Below, piece after piece: positions 29,291-39,028 of a stretch of DNA of 64,000 nucleotides. The translations under genes and the position numbers were made by a program. Positions within the stretch are counted from its first letter, which is position 1. Each line of letters opens with the position of its first letter. The notes below the pieces were generated by a model that saw only the letters and a program-made list of their open reading frames with translations, did not search any database and was not told where the DNA came from. Origin of the DNA: an uncultured Hyphomonadaceae bacterium (GTDB lineage Bacteria; Pseudomonadota; Alphaproteobacteria; Caulobacterales; Hyphomonadaceae); assembly GCA_964506685.1 (NCBI GenBank), contig CAZDMQ010000004.1:13296-77295 (forward strand), given 5' to 3'.

Positions 29291-32200
29291 ATGACAGAGA
29301 GTTTTGCAACGCCGCGCCGTTCGGGCGCAAGGCTCGTTACCACCGTGTCGGCAGTGGCGATGGCTGCTTTCGTGTCCGGCGTGGCGAGCGCCCAGGAGGG
29401 GGAAGGGGCCGCCGTTCAGGAAACCATCACCGTGACCGGCTCGCGGATTCCGGTCGATCCGAATGTGGTCTCCTCGGTGCCGATCCAGTCGCTGGATGAC
29501 TCCGATCTGCGCATCTCCGGCGAAATCTCCATTGCGGATGTGATCAATGACGTACCGGCACTCGTCTCCTCGCTGACCGGGGAGAACTCGCTGACAGGTG
29601 CAAACGCACTCAACCTTCGCGGGCTGGGGACCGAGAGGACGCTGACACTGGTCAATGGCCGGCGGGTGATTGGCGGTTTCGAAGGAAGCCAGGCCGTCGA
29701 TATCTCGAATATTCCCTCGGCCCTGATCGAGCGGGTCGAAGTGCTCACCGGCGGCGCGTCGGCGATCTATGGCTCGGACGCCGTGACCGGGGTGGTGAAC
29801 TTCATCCTCAAGGATGATTTCGAGGGTCTGGATTTCGATCTCTCTACGGGTGTGTCCGGTGAAGGTGATGCGCAATACCTGCAGTTGCGCGGCTTGGCCG
29901 GTGCGAATTTCGACAATGACCGCGGCAACGTCACGCTTGCCCTGGATGTCATCGACGACAGCGATCTGCGCTACGGGGACCGGGACTGGGCAGCCAATAA
30001 TGCGCGGGCTCGCGGACAGGCGAACCCCGCCCTGCGGTTCCAGTCCGGTGACATTGGTTCGGAGACGCCGAATTTCGCGGACTTCTACAACTTCGACCAA
30101 ACCGGCCTGTTTCCGTCCGGATTGCTGATTCCGACAGCCGATGAATTCATCGCCGACTACACCGCCCAGTTCGGCACTGCGCCGAGCCTGACCGCCGCCG
30201 AGCAGGCCTTTTTCGAGCAGGCGGCCAATGCACCCTCGCGGGCGATCCTGCCCTTCCCGACCTTCTCGATCTCGTCCAATCGCGGCGTTATCGCGCCATT
30301 CGATTTCGGTCTTGCCAATCTCGATGTCGACGGTAACGGGAACGACGACTGTCTCGACAGCTTTGTGGGGTACAATTCGACCCTTGTCGGGGCCGCTTCG
30401 TTCGGCATCGCCGGCGGCTGCTGGGTGGTCAATGATGACGGCTCGGTGCGGCCCTACCAGGACGGGCTGGTCGCCGGCAATTTCAACGGCTTTGGCGGCG
30501 ACGGTATCCAGGACAATTTCAACGAGACGTTCCTGATCCCGGAAACCGATCGCACCGTAATGAACCTGAACGCCAATTATGAGCTCCTTCCCGATGTGAA
30601 GGTCTTCGGCGAATTCAGCTATGCGGATGTCCGTTCCACCTATGGCGGCCCGCTCAATACCTTCTACGACCTGCTGACCGGTGCGCCCGACAACCCCTTC
30701 CTGCCGGACGCGCTGCAGGGTGTGGCCGATACAACGGGCGGGCTTTATATCACCCGCGACCCGACCGATCTCGGCCCGAATATCGACCGGACGACCCGCG
30801 AGACGATCCGCTTCGCCGGCGGCGTTGAAGGCAGCTTCAATGACGGCTGGACCTATAATCTTTCCTACACTTACGGCGAGTTCAAGCGGAAGACGACGGA
30901 CAATAATTTTGTCCTCCTGGACCGTTTCTTCGCGGCGATCGACGCGGTTGCCGACGAGAATGGCAATCCGGTCTGCCGGTCGGACCTTGACCCGGCTGCG
31001 ATCCCGCCAACCACGATCTTCGGGATTCCGGCCTTTGATCCGGGCTTCTTTACTTTCACCCCGGGCGATGGGTCGTGCGTGGCGGCCGATATCTGGGGCG
31101 GGCCGCAATCGATCAGTCCCGAGGCGGTGGACTTCATCACGACAACCGTGATCGACGAGTTGCGGCTCGAGCAGGAGGTCTACTCGGCGACACTGGTCGG
31201 CGACAGCGACAGGTATTTCGCCCTGCCGGCTGGTCCGGTCGGCTTCGCCCTGGGCGCCGAATACCGTACCGAGAAGAGCCAGAACACGGTCAACGCGTTC
31301 GACCAGGGCATCATCCCGGCCGGCGCTCCCTTCCCGGCCGGCACGCTTGTCAACACGGTGAGTGACAATGGATCGCTCGGTTTCAATGCCGAGGGCCAGA
31401 CGCTGAACTCGCTCGGCAGCTACAATGTCACTGATGTTTTCGCGGAAATTCGCGTGCCGCTGCTTTCGGATGTCCCCCTTGCACAGGAACTCGCCGTCGA
31501 CGCGGCCATCCGGTATGCCGACTATTCGACCGTGGGCTCGGCGGACACGTGGAAGGCCGGTCTCACCTGGGCGCCCGTCGAGGGCCTTTCCTTCAGAGGA
31601 ACGGTCTCCCAGGCGATCCGCGCGCCGAACATTGATGAACTGTTCAGCCCGTCCCAGCCGACGACCTTCCGGCCGGTCGACCCCTGCGATGTGAACGAGC
31701 TCCAGAATGCCCCCGATCCAGCCGTCCGGGCCGCGAACTGTGCTGCGCTCGGCTTGCCGGCAGACTTCGAGGACCCGCTCTCGGCGCGCTTCCTCGGGGT
31801 GTCGGGCGGCAATCCGGATCTTCAGGAGGAAACCGCAGACACCTTCGCGGTCGGGATGGTCTTCACCCCCGGATTCCTGGATGGCTTTACCCTCACCGTT
31901 GATTACTGGAATGTGGAGATCGAGGACATCATCTCCTCGGTGACCGCCCAGGAGATTGTCGACAGCTGCGTCGATGATGCCAGCGGGCTCAACAATACGT
32001 TCTGCCCACTGATCGAGCGCGAGACAGACCCGAATTCGGCGCAGTTCGGCGGGTTCCGGTTCCTGCGCCAGACCGAGGTCAACTTCGCCCGGACCGAGGC
32101 GGAGGGCGTGGACTTTGCGGCGTCCTATTCCTTCGGCATCGGCGAAAACGATTTCGACATCCGCCTCGTCGGCTCGCAACAGCTCAAGCTCGACGATTTT

Positions 32201-32575
32201 CCCAGCGTGACCGACCCGACCTTCATCGTCGATGATCTCGGCACGCTGCAGGTGCCGGAACTGTCTGGCAATCTCACGCTGAGCTGGGACCGGGGCCCGG
32301 TGCGCCTCGGCCTGCAGACGACCTACCAGGACGAGCAACTGTTCGCCGGGGTGACGAACGAGCAGATCGAGTCCGGCACGTTCAGCCTCGATAATGCCCT
32401 GAGTGACGAGTCGTATGTCGTCGACATTTTTGGCAGCTATGACTGGAGTGACCGGTTGGAATTCTACGGCGGGGTGAATAATCTTGCCGACGAGGAGCCG
32501 TTCATTACAGAGGAAGCCTGGCCTGTCAGCGCCCGGGGCCGGTTCTTCTTCATCGGCCTGCGCTACACCCAGTAG
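29291..32575 (+). CDS. TonB-dependent receptor (large, 1094 aa)
   Basis: Signal peptide. Plug motifs ETITVTGSRIP, NLRGLG and VEVLTGGASAIYGSDA. Long beta-barrel. The C-terminus ends ...GLRYTQ rather than in an aromatic residue. Confidence 0.9.
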   Translation: MTESFATPRRSGARLVTTVSAVAMAAFVSGVASAQEGEGAAVQETITVTGSRIPVDPNVVSSVPIQSLDDSDLRISGEISIADVINDVPALVSSLTGENSLTGANALNLRGLGTERTLTLVNGRRVIGGFEGSQAVDISNIPSALIERVEVLTGGASAIYGSDAVTGVVNFILKDDFEGLDFDLSTGVSGEGDAQYLQLRGLAGANFDNDRGNVTLALDVIDDSDLRYGDRDWAANNARARGQANPALRFQSGDIGSETPNFADFYNFDQTGLFPSGLLIPTADEFIADYTAQFGTAPSLTAAEQAFFEQAANAPSRAILPFPTFSISSNRGVIAPFDFGLANLDVDGNGNDDCLDSFVGYNSTLVGAASFGIAGGCWVVNDDGSVRPYQDGLVAGNFNGFGGDGIQDNFNETFLIPETDRTVMNLNANYELLPDVKVFGEFSYADVRSTYGGPLNTFYDLLTGAPDNPFLPDALQGVADTTGGLYITRDPTDLGPNIDRTTRETIRFAGGVEGSFNDGWTYNLSYTYGEFKRKTTDNNFVLLDRFFAAIDAVADENGNPVCRSDLDPAAIPPTTIFGIPAFDPGFFTFTPGDGSCVAADIWGGPQSISPEAVDFITTTVIDELRLEQEVYSATLVGDSDRYFALPAGPVGFALGAEYRTEKSQNTVNAFDQGIIPAGAPFPAGTLVNTVSDNGSLGFNAEGQTLNSLGSYNVTDVFAEIRVPLLSDVPLAQELAVDAAIRYADYSTVGSADTWKAGLTWAPVEGLSFRGTVSQAIRAPNIDELFSPSQPTTFRPVDPCDVNELQNAPDPAVRAANCAALGLPADFEDPLSARFLGVSGGNPDLQEETADTFAVGMVFTPGFLDGFTLTVDYWNVEIEDIISSVTAQEIVDSCVDDASGLNNTFCPLIERETDPNSAQFGGFRFLRQTEVNFARTEAEGVDFAASYSFGIGENDFDIRLVGSQQLKLDDFPSVTDPTFIVDDLGTLQVPELSGNLTLSWDRGPVRLGLQTTYQDEQLFAGVTNEQIESGTFSLDNALSDESYVVDIFGSYDWSDRLEFYGGVNNLADEEPFITEEAWPVSARGRFFFIGLRYTQ

Positions 32576-32606
32576 CCGGGGCCTGCTCCTGCGGGGCGCC
32601 CTGGGG

Positions 32607-32640
32607 AAAGCCCGTCAGCTTCGGCTGGCGGGCTTTTTCC
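32607..32640. terminator. rho-independent-type hairpin between convergent TBDR and S9 peptidase genes
   Basis: AAAGCCCGTCAGC-ttcg-GCTGGCGGGCTTT followed by TT. A 13-bp stem with one mismatch. Confidence 0.6.
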
Positions 32641-32661
32641 TTTCGGCAGCGCGGGTCGCGG

Positions 32662-34737
32662 TCATTCGCCCGGCCTTTCGTCGCCGCCAAGCACGGTCTC
32701 GAGGAATTCGGCCTGCTTGCGATAGTAGTAGAGGCGGTTGCTGAGCTTGCGCCAGCCATGGCCTTCGTCCGGAATGCGGATGTAGGGCGCCTCGATCCCG
32801 TTTGCCCGCAACGTCTTCACCATGAGTTCAGTCTCATGGATATCGATGCGCGGGTCCATGACGCCATGCGAATAGAGAACCGGCACGCCGATCCGGTCGG
32901 CGAGGCGGATCGGTGAGTTCTCGGTATAGAAGTCGCGCCAGCGCTGTTCGGTGATGTCGCCGTATTCGATGCGGTCGGACGCCTTGAGGGCCGGGGAGGC
33001 GATCTCCAGTGCGGTCACCCAGTCGGCAACGCCATAGCGGCTGACCCCGGCCCGGAAGGCGCCCGGATAGAGCGCCAGCACGGCATTGACCATGTAGCCG
33101 CCATAAGAGCCGCCGGAGACCGCGGCCCGGCTGGTATCTACGCGTCCGTCATCGGCCAGTCCCTCCAGCAGGTCGATGAGATCGGCCACACTGTCGCGGC
33201 GCCTCTCCCGGTCATCGAGGGTGGTATAGGTCCGTCCGAAACCGGTCGACCCGCGCACATTCGGTTCGAATACCGCGAAGCCCTGGTCAACATGATACTG
33301 CACCACGGCGTCCCAGCTCGCCATGGACTGGCTCGTGGGACCGCCATGCACCTCGAAGATCACCGGCGGCAGGCGGTTGTCCCGGAGCGAGCGTGCGTCC
33401 GGCAGGTAGAGCAGGCCCTGCAACTCCACGCCGTCGCGCGCGGTGATGGTCATGCTTTCGGGGCGGACCAGCCGGTCCGGGTCGAGGCCGGCCATGTTGG
33501 AGGCGATGGGACGGGTGAGCTTGCCGGCGGGAATGTCGTAGAGATAGACATCGCCGGGCGTTGCCCAGCCATTCACTCCGATCGCCAGCCGATTCGTCTT
33601 CGGTCCGCAGGAGAGCGAATACAGTCCCTCGGGCAGGTCGGGCGGGGTGAGGATCGACCCGTCGCGCCGGTCGCGGACATGTAGCCGGTGAAAGCCGTCG
33701 ACATTCTCGGTGAAGACGAGATATCGCCCGTTGGGCCCGCACAGGGTGAGATTGCCGGCATCCCGCGCCGTCTCGATCACTGGCGAAATGCGGCCGCGCC
33801 GAACGTTATACTCCATGATCGCCGCAAATTCACGGTCGGCATTACTCGCCAGAAACAGGCTCTTGCCATTCGGGTCCCAGGCGAAGCCTCCATCGCCATG
33901 ATTGGCGCGCGGCTCTGGCGCAGAGACCAGTTCAATTTCGCCGCTGGCGACATCGAGCCGGTAGAGCTTGTCGCTGTCCTCGCCGACGCTTTCGGTGAGG
34001 ATCAGGGTGCGACCGTCGGGAGAGAAGGCGCGTGCGAAGATGCCGTAGTTGCCTTCGTGGATGCGGCGGACTTCGCCGGTTTCGAGATCGGCCGTGTAGA
34101 TGTCGAAATCGAGCCCGTTGCGCTCGGTCGAGGCGAAGGCGAGGGTACGGCCGTCGGCGGTGATGTCGCCGAAGACGCGGAAGCCCCCGTCCACGGCGGG
34201 CAGGATCAGGGTCTCTTCCGAGCCGTCGGCACGGATGCGGAAATAGCTTTCCTGCTCGTTGCCGTCATTGTCGGCGCCATAGATGAGCGCGTCACTGCCC
34301 GGGATCCAGCGGAAAAACGTGATCCCGTTACCGAAGGTGAGCTGGCGCGGTGCGCCGCCGGCAGCCGGCACGATCCAGAGCTGCGGCACGCCGGTAATGC
34401 CGGATCGGTAGGCAATCGACTGGCCATCGGGCGAGAGGGCAGGGGCGGCTGCGCCGGAGGCGAGCAGGTAGCGGGCGATATCGGCCGGGTCCTCACCGGC
34501 GAGGCCCACGCGCACGGGCCCGGCCTCGGGCGACATCGCCGCGAGTGTCATGTCGGGGCCCTGTGCCGGTGCGGGGGCAGCGCCTGGCGCTTCGCTGCCG
34601 GGAGCGTCTCTGGTCGCGGCGGTCGTGCTGCGGACCGGTTCGAATTCGCCCATGGGCGGCGGCGTCGTGCAGGCGGCAAGGCCTATGCCGATCCCCATGG
34701 TCAGGGCGAGCAGGGAGACGGGGCGGAGCATGGGCAT
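32662..34737 (-). CDS. S9 family serine peptidase (beta-propeller + prolyl-oligopeptidase/DPP-type hydrolase), lipoprotein
   Basis: Nucleophile motif GGSYGGYM, with Asp/His regions later (HGVMDPRI, DEGHGW). Lipobox LAAC. Confidence 0.9.
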   Translation of the reverse strand: MPMLRPVSLLALTMGIGIGLAACTTPPPMGEFEPVRSTTAATRDAPGSEAPGAAPAPAQGPDMTLAAMSPEAGPVRVGLAGEDPADIARYLLASGAAAPALSPDGQSIAYRSGITGVPQLWIVPAAGGAPRQLTFGNGITFFRWIPGSDALIYGADNDGNEQESYFRIRADGSEETLILPAVDGGFRVFGDITADGRTLAFASTERNGLDFDIYTADLETGEVRRIHEGNYGIFARAFSPDGRTLILTESVGEDSDKLYRLDVASGEIELVSAPEPRANHGDGGFAWDPNGKSLFLASNADREFAAIMEYNVRRGRISPVIETARDAGNLTLCGPNGRYLVFTENVDGFHRLHVRDRRDGSILTPPDLPEGLYSLSCGPKTNRLAIGVNGWATPGDVYLYDIPAGKLTRPIASNMAGLDPDRLVRPESMTITARDGVELQGLLYLPDARSLRDNRLPPVIFEVHGGPTSQSMASWDAVVQYHVDQGFAVFEPNVRGSTGFGRTYTTLDDRERRRDSVADLIDLLEGLADDGRVDTSRAAVSGGSYGGYMVNAVLALYPGAFRAGVSRYGVADWVTALEIASPALKASDRIEYGDITEQRWRDFYTENSPIRLADRIGVPVLYSHGVMDPRIDIHETELMVKTLRANGIEAPYIRIPDEGHGWRKLSNRLYYYRKQAEFLETVLGGDERPGE

Positions 34738-34757
34738 GGTCCTTTCCTGGGGCAGGG

Positions 34758-37439
34758 CTAACGGATACGTGCCGGCGCGAGCACGATTGCATTGGCAATC
34801 AGCAGGCTCAGTCCGTTGAGATAGGCGCGCGTGGTCGGGCTCTGGGTGAAGGCGATGGTGAGGCCCTTGCCCGAGGGCTCGGCCATGACGAAGGGTTTGT
34901 AGGCGAGCTGCAGCCGGTTCTCCTCCCAGAGATGGCCGCTCGCCAGCAGGTTCTCCGGGCCGGCAAAGTGGAAGACATTCACCCCGTCAGCGGCATTGAG
35001 CGGCTGGTATATGGCGCTGCCGGTGACAAGCGCTGTGGCGCTGTCATAGCCGGCGGCGAGCCAGTGGTCGGGGTCAGCGGTCACGCGGACCAGCGCGCCG
35101 GGCACGTCGTCGGGCGAGGTGCCCCGGGCGGCGATCATGGCCCGGTAGGCAGCCTCATCCTCAAGCCGCGTGCCGGTGGCGGTGGCATCCCCGGCCTCAT
35201 CGGAAGGGGCGCCTTCAGACGCGGCCTCGCCGGTCTCGAGATAGGCGTCCTCCCGGCGGGTGTTCAGGAGCGCGTCCTCGCCGGTCAGCACGTCGATTGA
35301 TCCGCCAAGTGCAACGAGGACACCGCCCTGACGAACGAACGCCGCCACTGCGTCCTGGCCGGCGGTGCCAAGCCTGTTGGCAAAGCCTCGGCCAGTCTCG
35401 GGCAGGATGAGCACGTCATAATCGCCCAGTTCGGCCTGCGAGAGGGTGGACAGCCGCATCGGCGAAACGGGCAGGCCGAGCTGGCGTTCGATCACGAAGC
35501 GCGTGGCTCCGGCGGATGTGGCGCTGGTGCCCTCGCCCCAGGCGAGCGCGACCTTCGGCGCCAGGAGTTCGGCGAACGCTGCGGACCCGAAATTCGGGCC
35601 AATATCGACCCAGCTGGTTTCCATCGGCACGATTTCGGCCCCGGTCTCCCGGGCAAGCTGCGACAGGTCTGCAGCCAGGTCGTCGGGATTGCCCTCGATC
35701 GGGAAGATGGCGGTGCCGGGTCCGAAGGTGCGCCCGCTCTGGATGAAGGCCTCATCGGTGGAGCGTCCGACATATCCGGCCTTCAGGGCAGCAATCACCA
35801 GCCGCGCCTGCCCGGCATCAGTCCAGGGCACGGCATACCCGAAACCGGGGGCCTCGCCATCGCTGACGAGACCGGCGATGGGCGCATCGGCGGTCAGCGC
35901 CTCGGCCCGGGTAAGACCCACCTTCCGGCAGGTCCTGACAGTGAGCCCGTCCATGAGCGGCAGTGACCAGGCGGTGACATCATAAAGTTCATGGTCCAGC
36001 CCGCGGGCTCGCCTTGCTTCCTGTTCGGCGAGGAAGGCCTCGGGCAAGGGTGTTTCGGCTTCAAGCAGCGTTGCGATCAGCCGGCCGTTCGGCTGGGCCC
36101 GGTCGACGACGAGTACCCCAGCGGGATAAACCTCCCCGCACAGAGTCCGCCGGCCGGGCAGGCGGGCGACCTCGATACCCTGCGCTTCGAGCCGCCGGCC
36201 AAGTTGTTCAGCCTGCCAGCGGCGCTTCGAAAGGTCGACCAGGAAAAAGCGATGCCTCGACTCAAGGCCGTCCTCCACTGCTTCGCGCCGGTAGGCGGCA
36301 TAGTCGGTGAGGAACCGCTCGCGGTTCTGGGCGACCACTTCCAGGGTCGACAGCGACGCGATGAACGTGTTGCGGACCGCCTCGCGATAGGTGAGTTCAC
36401 TGCCATCACGGCGGCGGAAGCGTAACCCGCGCGGAGAAGCCTGCTCGAAGGTCTTGGCCACCGCGCCATTGAGCTGGGGCCACATGTCGCCATAGCCAGG
36501 ATAGAAATTATCGTAGACCTCGCGCGTGAAATAGGGAATGCCGAGACGGTCGAACCAGGCGGCGTGGTTCCGGCCGAAAAGGCGCTGCTTCTCCTTCTGT
36601 GCCTCGGTCAGGTTGGGATTGTAGGGATCGGCGGCCGGCGGGAAGTAGTAGCTGTTGTCCCCGCTCATCTCGTGGGCATCGACATAGACCACCGGATGCC
36701 ATTGCTGCACGGCGGCAATCCGGGCCCGGGTTTCAGGCTGGCTCAGGGCGAACCAGTCCCGGTTGAGATCGAAAAGGTAGTGATTGAACCGCCCCCGTGG
36801 CCAGGGCTGGTCGTGCTCGGCGGTGAAGCGGTCGGCCAGCGGTTCGAGACCGAGGGCGGATTCGAAGCTGTGCACGAAACGGGCCCGGCCATCGGGGTTC
36901 TGGCTGGGGTCGATGATCGTGATCGTGCTCGCAAGGATGCTGTCGACGAGCGGGTCGCCGGTCGCGGCCAGAAGGTGGTAGGCAAGCGCCAGGGCGCTGT
37001 CTGGCGGGGAGATTTCGTCGCCATGTATGCCATGGGAGAGCCAGGCGACAGGCGGCGTCCGCGCGGCGATCTCGCCGGCCACCCCGCGTCCGAGTTCGCT
37101 GCCCGATCCCAGTCGCTGCAGGTCGGCCCGGATTTCATCGAGCCGGTCCATGTTTTCGGAAGCCGTGATGATGGCATAGATCAGCGGGCGGCCCTGCCAG
37201 CTCTCGCCATATTGCACGAGCCTCATCCGATCAGGTGCGGCGGTTTCAAGGGCACGGAGATAGGCGAGGATCTCCTCCGGCGAGGTGATGGCGTCCCCCG
37301 AGGCATGACCAATGACGGCTTCAAGCGTCGGTATGGCCGGATCAGGGCGGGTCTCAACGAAGCCCTGCGCCGTGGCGCCCGCAGCCAGGGTGCCCAGGAA
37401 CAGAAAACAGGCAGCGAGCCTTCGCACACGACGGAACAT
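34758..37439 (-). CDS. M14 family zinc carboxypeptidase (long form)
   Basis: HGIHGDE zinc motif. Signal peptide from the ATG at 37439 (MFRRVRRLAACFLFLGTLAAGATAQG). About 890 aa. Lies 20 nt upstream of the S9 gene, so it is probably in the same operon. Confidence 0.85.
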   Translation of the reverse strand: MFRRVRRLAACFLFLGTLAAGATAQGFVETRPDPAIPTLEAVIGHASGDAITSPEEILAYLRALETAAPDRMRLVQYGESWQGRPLIYAIITASENMDRLDEIRADLQRLGSGSELGRGVAGEIAARTPPVAWLSHGIHGDEISPPDSALALAYHLLAATGDPLVDSILASTITIIDPSQNPDGRARFVHSFESALGLEPLADRFTAEHDQPWPRGRFNHYLFDLNRDWFALSQPETRARIAAVQQWHPVVYVDAHEMSGDNSYYFPPAADPYNPNLTEAQKEKQRLFGRNHAAWFDRLGIPYFTREVYDNFYPGYGDMWPQLNGAVAKTFEQASPRGLRFRRRDGSELTYREAVRNTFIASLSTLEVVAQNRERFLTDYAAYRREAVEDGLESRHRFFLVDLSKRRWQAEQLGRRLEAQGIEVARLPGRRTLCGEVYPAGVLVVDRAQPNGRLIATLLEAETPLPEAFLAEQEARRARGLDHELYDVTAWSLPLMDGLTVRTCRKVGLTRAEALTADAPIAGLVSDGEAPGFGYAVPWTDAGQARLVIAALKAGYVGRSTDEAFIQSGRTFGPGTAIFPIEGNPDDLAADLSQLARETGAEIVPMETSWVDIGPNFGSAAFAELLAPKVALAWGEGTSATSAGATRFVIERQLGLPVSPMRLSTLSQAELGDYDVLILPETGRGFANRLGTAGQDAVAAFVRQGGVLVALGGSIDVLTGEDALLNTRREDAYLETGEAASEGAPSDEAGDATATGTRLEDEAAYRAMIAARGTSPDDVPGALVRVTADPDHWLAAGYDSATALVTGSAIYQPLNAADGVNVFHFAGPENLLASGHLWEENRLQLAYKPFVMAEPSGKGLTIAFTQSPTTRAYLNGLSLLIANAIVLAPARIR

Positions 37440-37562
37440 TCGGTTTCCCCAGTTGCCAGATCCCAGTGTCTGCCCTTCGTCACCAGCTTGCAACCGCCCG
37501 GCAGGATCCGGGCGGCGCATTTGTCAGGTCGCTCCGGTCATGGGCGTGTTGCCGGGGACGCT

Positions 37563-38780
37563 TCAGCCGGCGTCCTCCGAAACCCGTGCGATTCCAGCGG
37601 AGATGAGCGCGTCGATGGCGGCCTCGTCCCGGCCCAGCGCAGCCAGCACCTCCCGCGTGTGCTGGCCCGGTGCCGGTGTCGGCCCGCGCGGACCATCGGC
37701 GTGGCCGGGGAAGCGGACCGGCGAGCCGGGTGTGCGCATCATCGTGCCGTCACCGGCCGCCGACGGCATCTGCTGGATTGCGCCGGACGCCATGACCTGC
37801 GGGTCCTCAGCCACTTCGGCGAGCGTCTGGACCGGTGCCCAGGCGATCGATTCCGCGTCTAGCCGCTCGGCCGCCTCGGCTTTGGTGAGCCGTGCGAACG
37901 CCGCATCGAACAGGTTGACCAGCTCGCGGGCATGGGTGCGCCGGCCCTTGGCAGTGGCGAAGCGTTCATCGCCGATCAGGTTGTCGAGACCGATGGCGCG
38001 GCAGAGCGGGGCCCAGTCGACATTGCCCTGGCGGGAGACGATGCAGAGCCAGGCATCATCGCCGGTGCGGAAGAAATTCATCAGCGGCTGGATCGATTCA
38101 TGGCGCGGCTTGGTCGAACCGACCCGGCCGAAGAAGAGCTGGATCGCAAAGTCCGAGCCGAGTGAGAACAACGCTGCGCGCAATAGCGACGCCTCGACCA
38201 GGCACCCCTTGCCGGTCTTCAGCGCCTGGACAAGTGCCGCGCAGATCCCGGCCGCTGCAGCGATCGAGGTGGTGTGATCGCCATAGGCGGTGCGCAGGGG
38301 GAAGGGGTCCTCGCCCTTGGGAATCGTCAGCCGCGCAAGGCCCGACCGGCTCCAGAAGCTTGCCACATCGAAGCCCGGCCGGTTGGCGTCCGGGCCCGTC
38401 AGCCCATAGCCTGTGAGCGAGCAATAGACGAGTTTCGGATTGTCTGCGGCGAGGCTGGGATAGTCGAGCCCTGCCCGTTCGAGCCCGCCGGGACGGACAT
38501 TGGTCAGGAACACATCGGCACTGGCGGCGAGGTCGCGGACGATGGCCTGGCCCTCGGCCTCGGCCGTGTTGACGATGATCGACTGCTTGCCGCGATTGTC
38601 GAAGTCGAAGACCGGGTTGTCCTGGATGTCGGTGCCAATCGTCGACATGAACTTGCGGATCGGGTCACCGCCCGGCGGTTCGATCTTGATCACTTCGGCG
38701 CCCCAGTCTGACAGGATCGATCCCGCCCCTGGTGCGGCCATGTACGTGGCGTGTTCGACCACGCGAATTCCCTCAAGCAT
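37563..38780 (-). CDS. family III CoA-transferase (CaiB/BaiF)
   Basis: N-terminal GIRVVEHATYMAAPGAGSILSDWGAEVIKIEPPGGDP signature. 405 aa. Confidence 0.85.
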   Translation of the reverse strand: MLEGIRVVEHATYMAAPGAGSILSDWGAEVIKIEPPGGDPIRKFMSTIGTDIQDNPVFDFDNRGKQSIIVNTAEAEGQAIVRDLAASADVFLTNVRPGGLERAGLDYPSLAADNPKLVYCSLTGYGLTGPDANRPGFDVASFWSRSGLARLTIPKGEDPFPLRTAYGDHTTSIAAAAGICAALVQALKTGKGCLVEASLLRAALFSLGSDFAIQLFFGRVGSTKPRHESIQPLMNFFRTGDDAWLCIVSRQGNVDWAPLCRAIGLDNLIGDERFATAKGRRTHARELVNLFDAAFARLTKAEAAERLDAESIAWAPVQTLAEVAEDPQVMASGAIQQMPSAAGDGTMMRTPGSPVRFPGHADGPRGPTPAPGQHTREVLAALGRDEAAIDALISAGIARVSEDAG

Positions 38781-38895
38781 GTTGCCTCCCTGCCTCTTCT
38801 CAGCCTGCCTCTACTCGGCCTGCCTTTTGCCGGCGTGCCGGTCTTCGGTCTGCCCATTGCCCGCGGGGGCTGTTGCCGCCCGCCCATTGCCAAGC
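38776..38895. repeat. seven to eight degenerate 15-bp tandem units (TGCCnnnnnnnnGnn)
   Basis: TGCC recurs at 38791, 38806, 38821, 38836 and 38851, exactly 15 bp apart. GCCCATTGCC is repeated at 38852 and 38882, 30 bp apart. The array begins at the CoA-transferase start codon. Confidence 0.6.
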
Positions 38896-39028
38896 GTGTG
38901 GGGCCGGCCTCGCAACCGACTGTTCCGACTGCCCGTTTCCGGCGGGTAATCGGTAAACCAATCTTAACCAGACCGTTCCATCGCTTGTCTCGTCACTGTC
39001 TTCTTCGCCCGGACGGAAGGGTTCTTCA

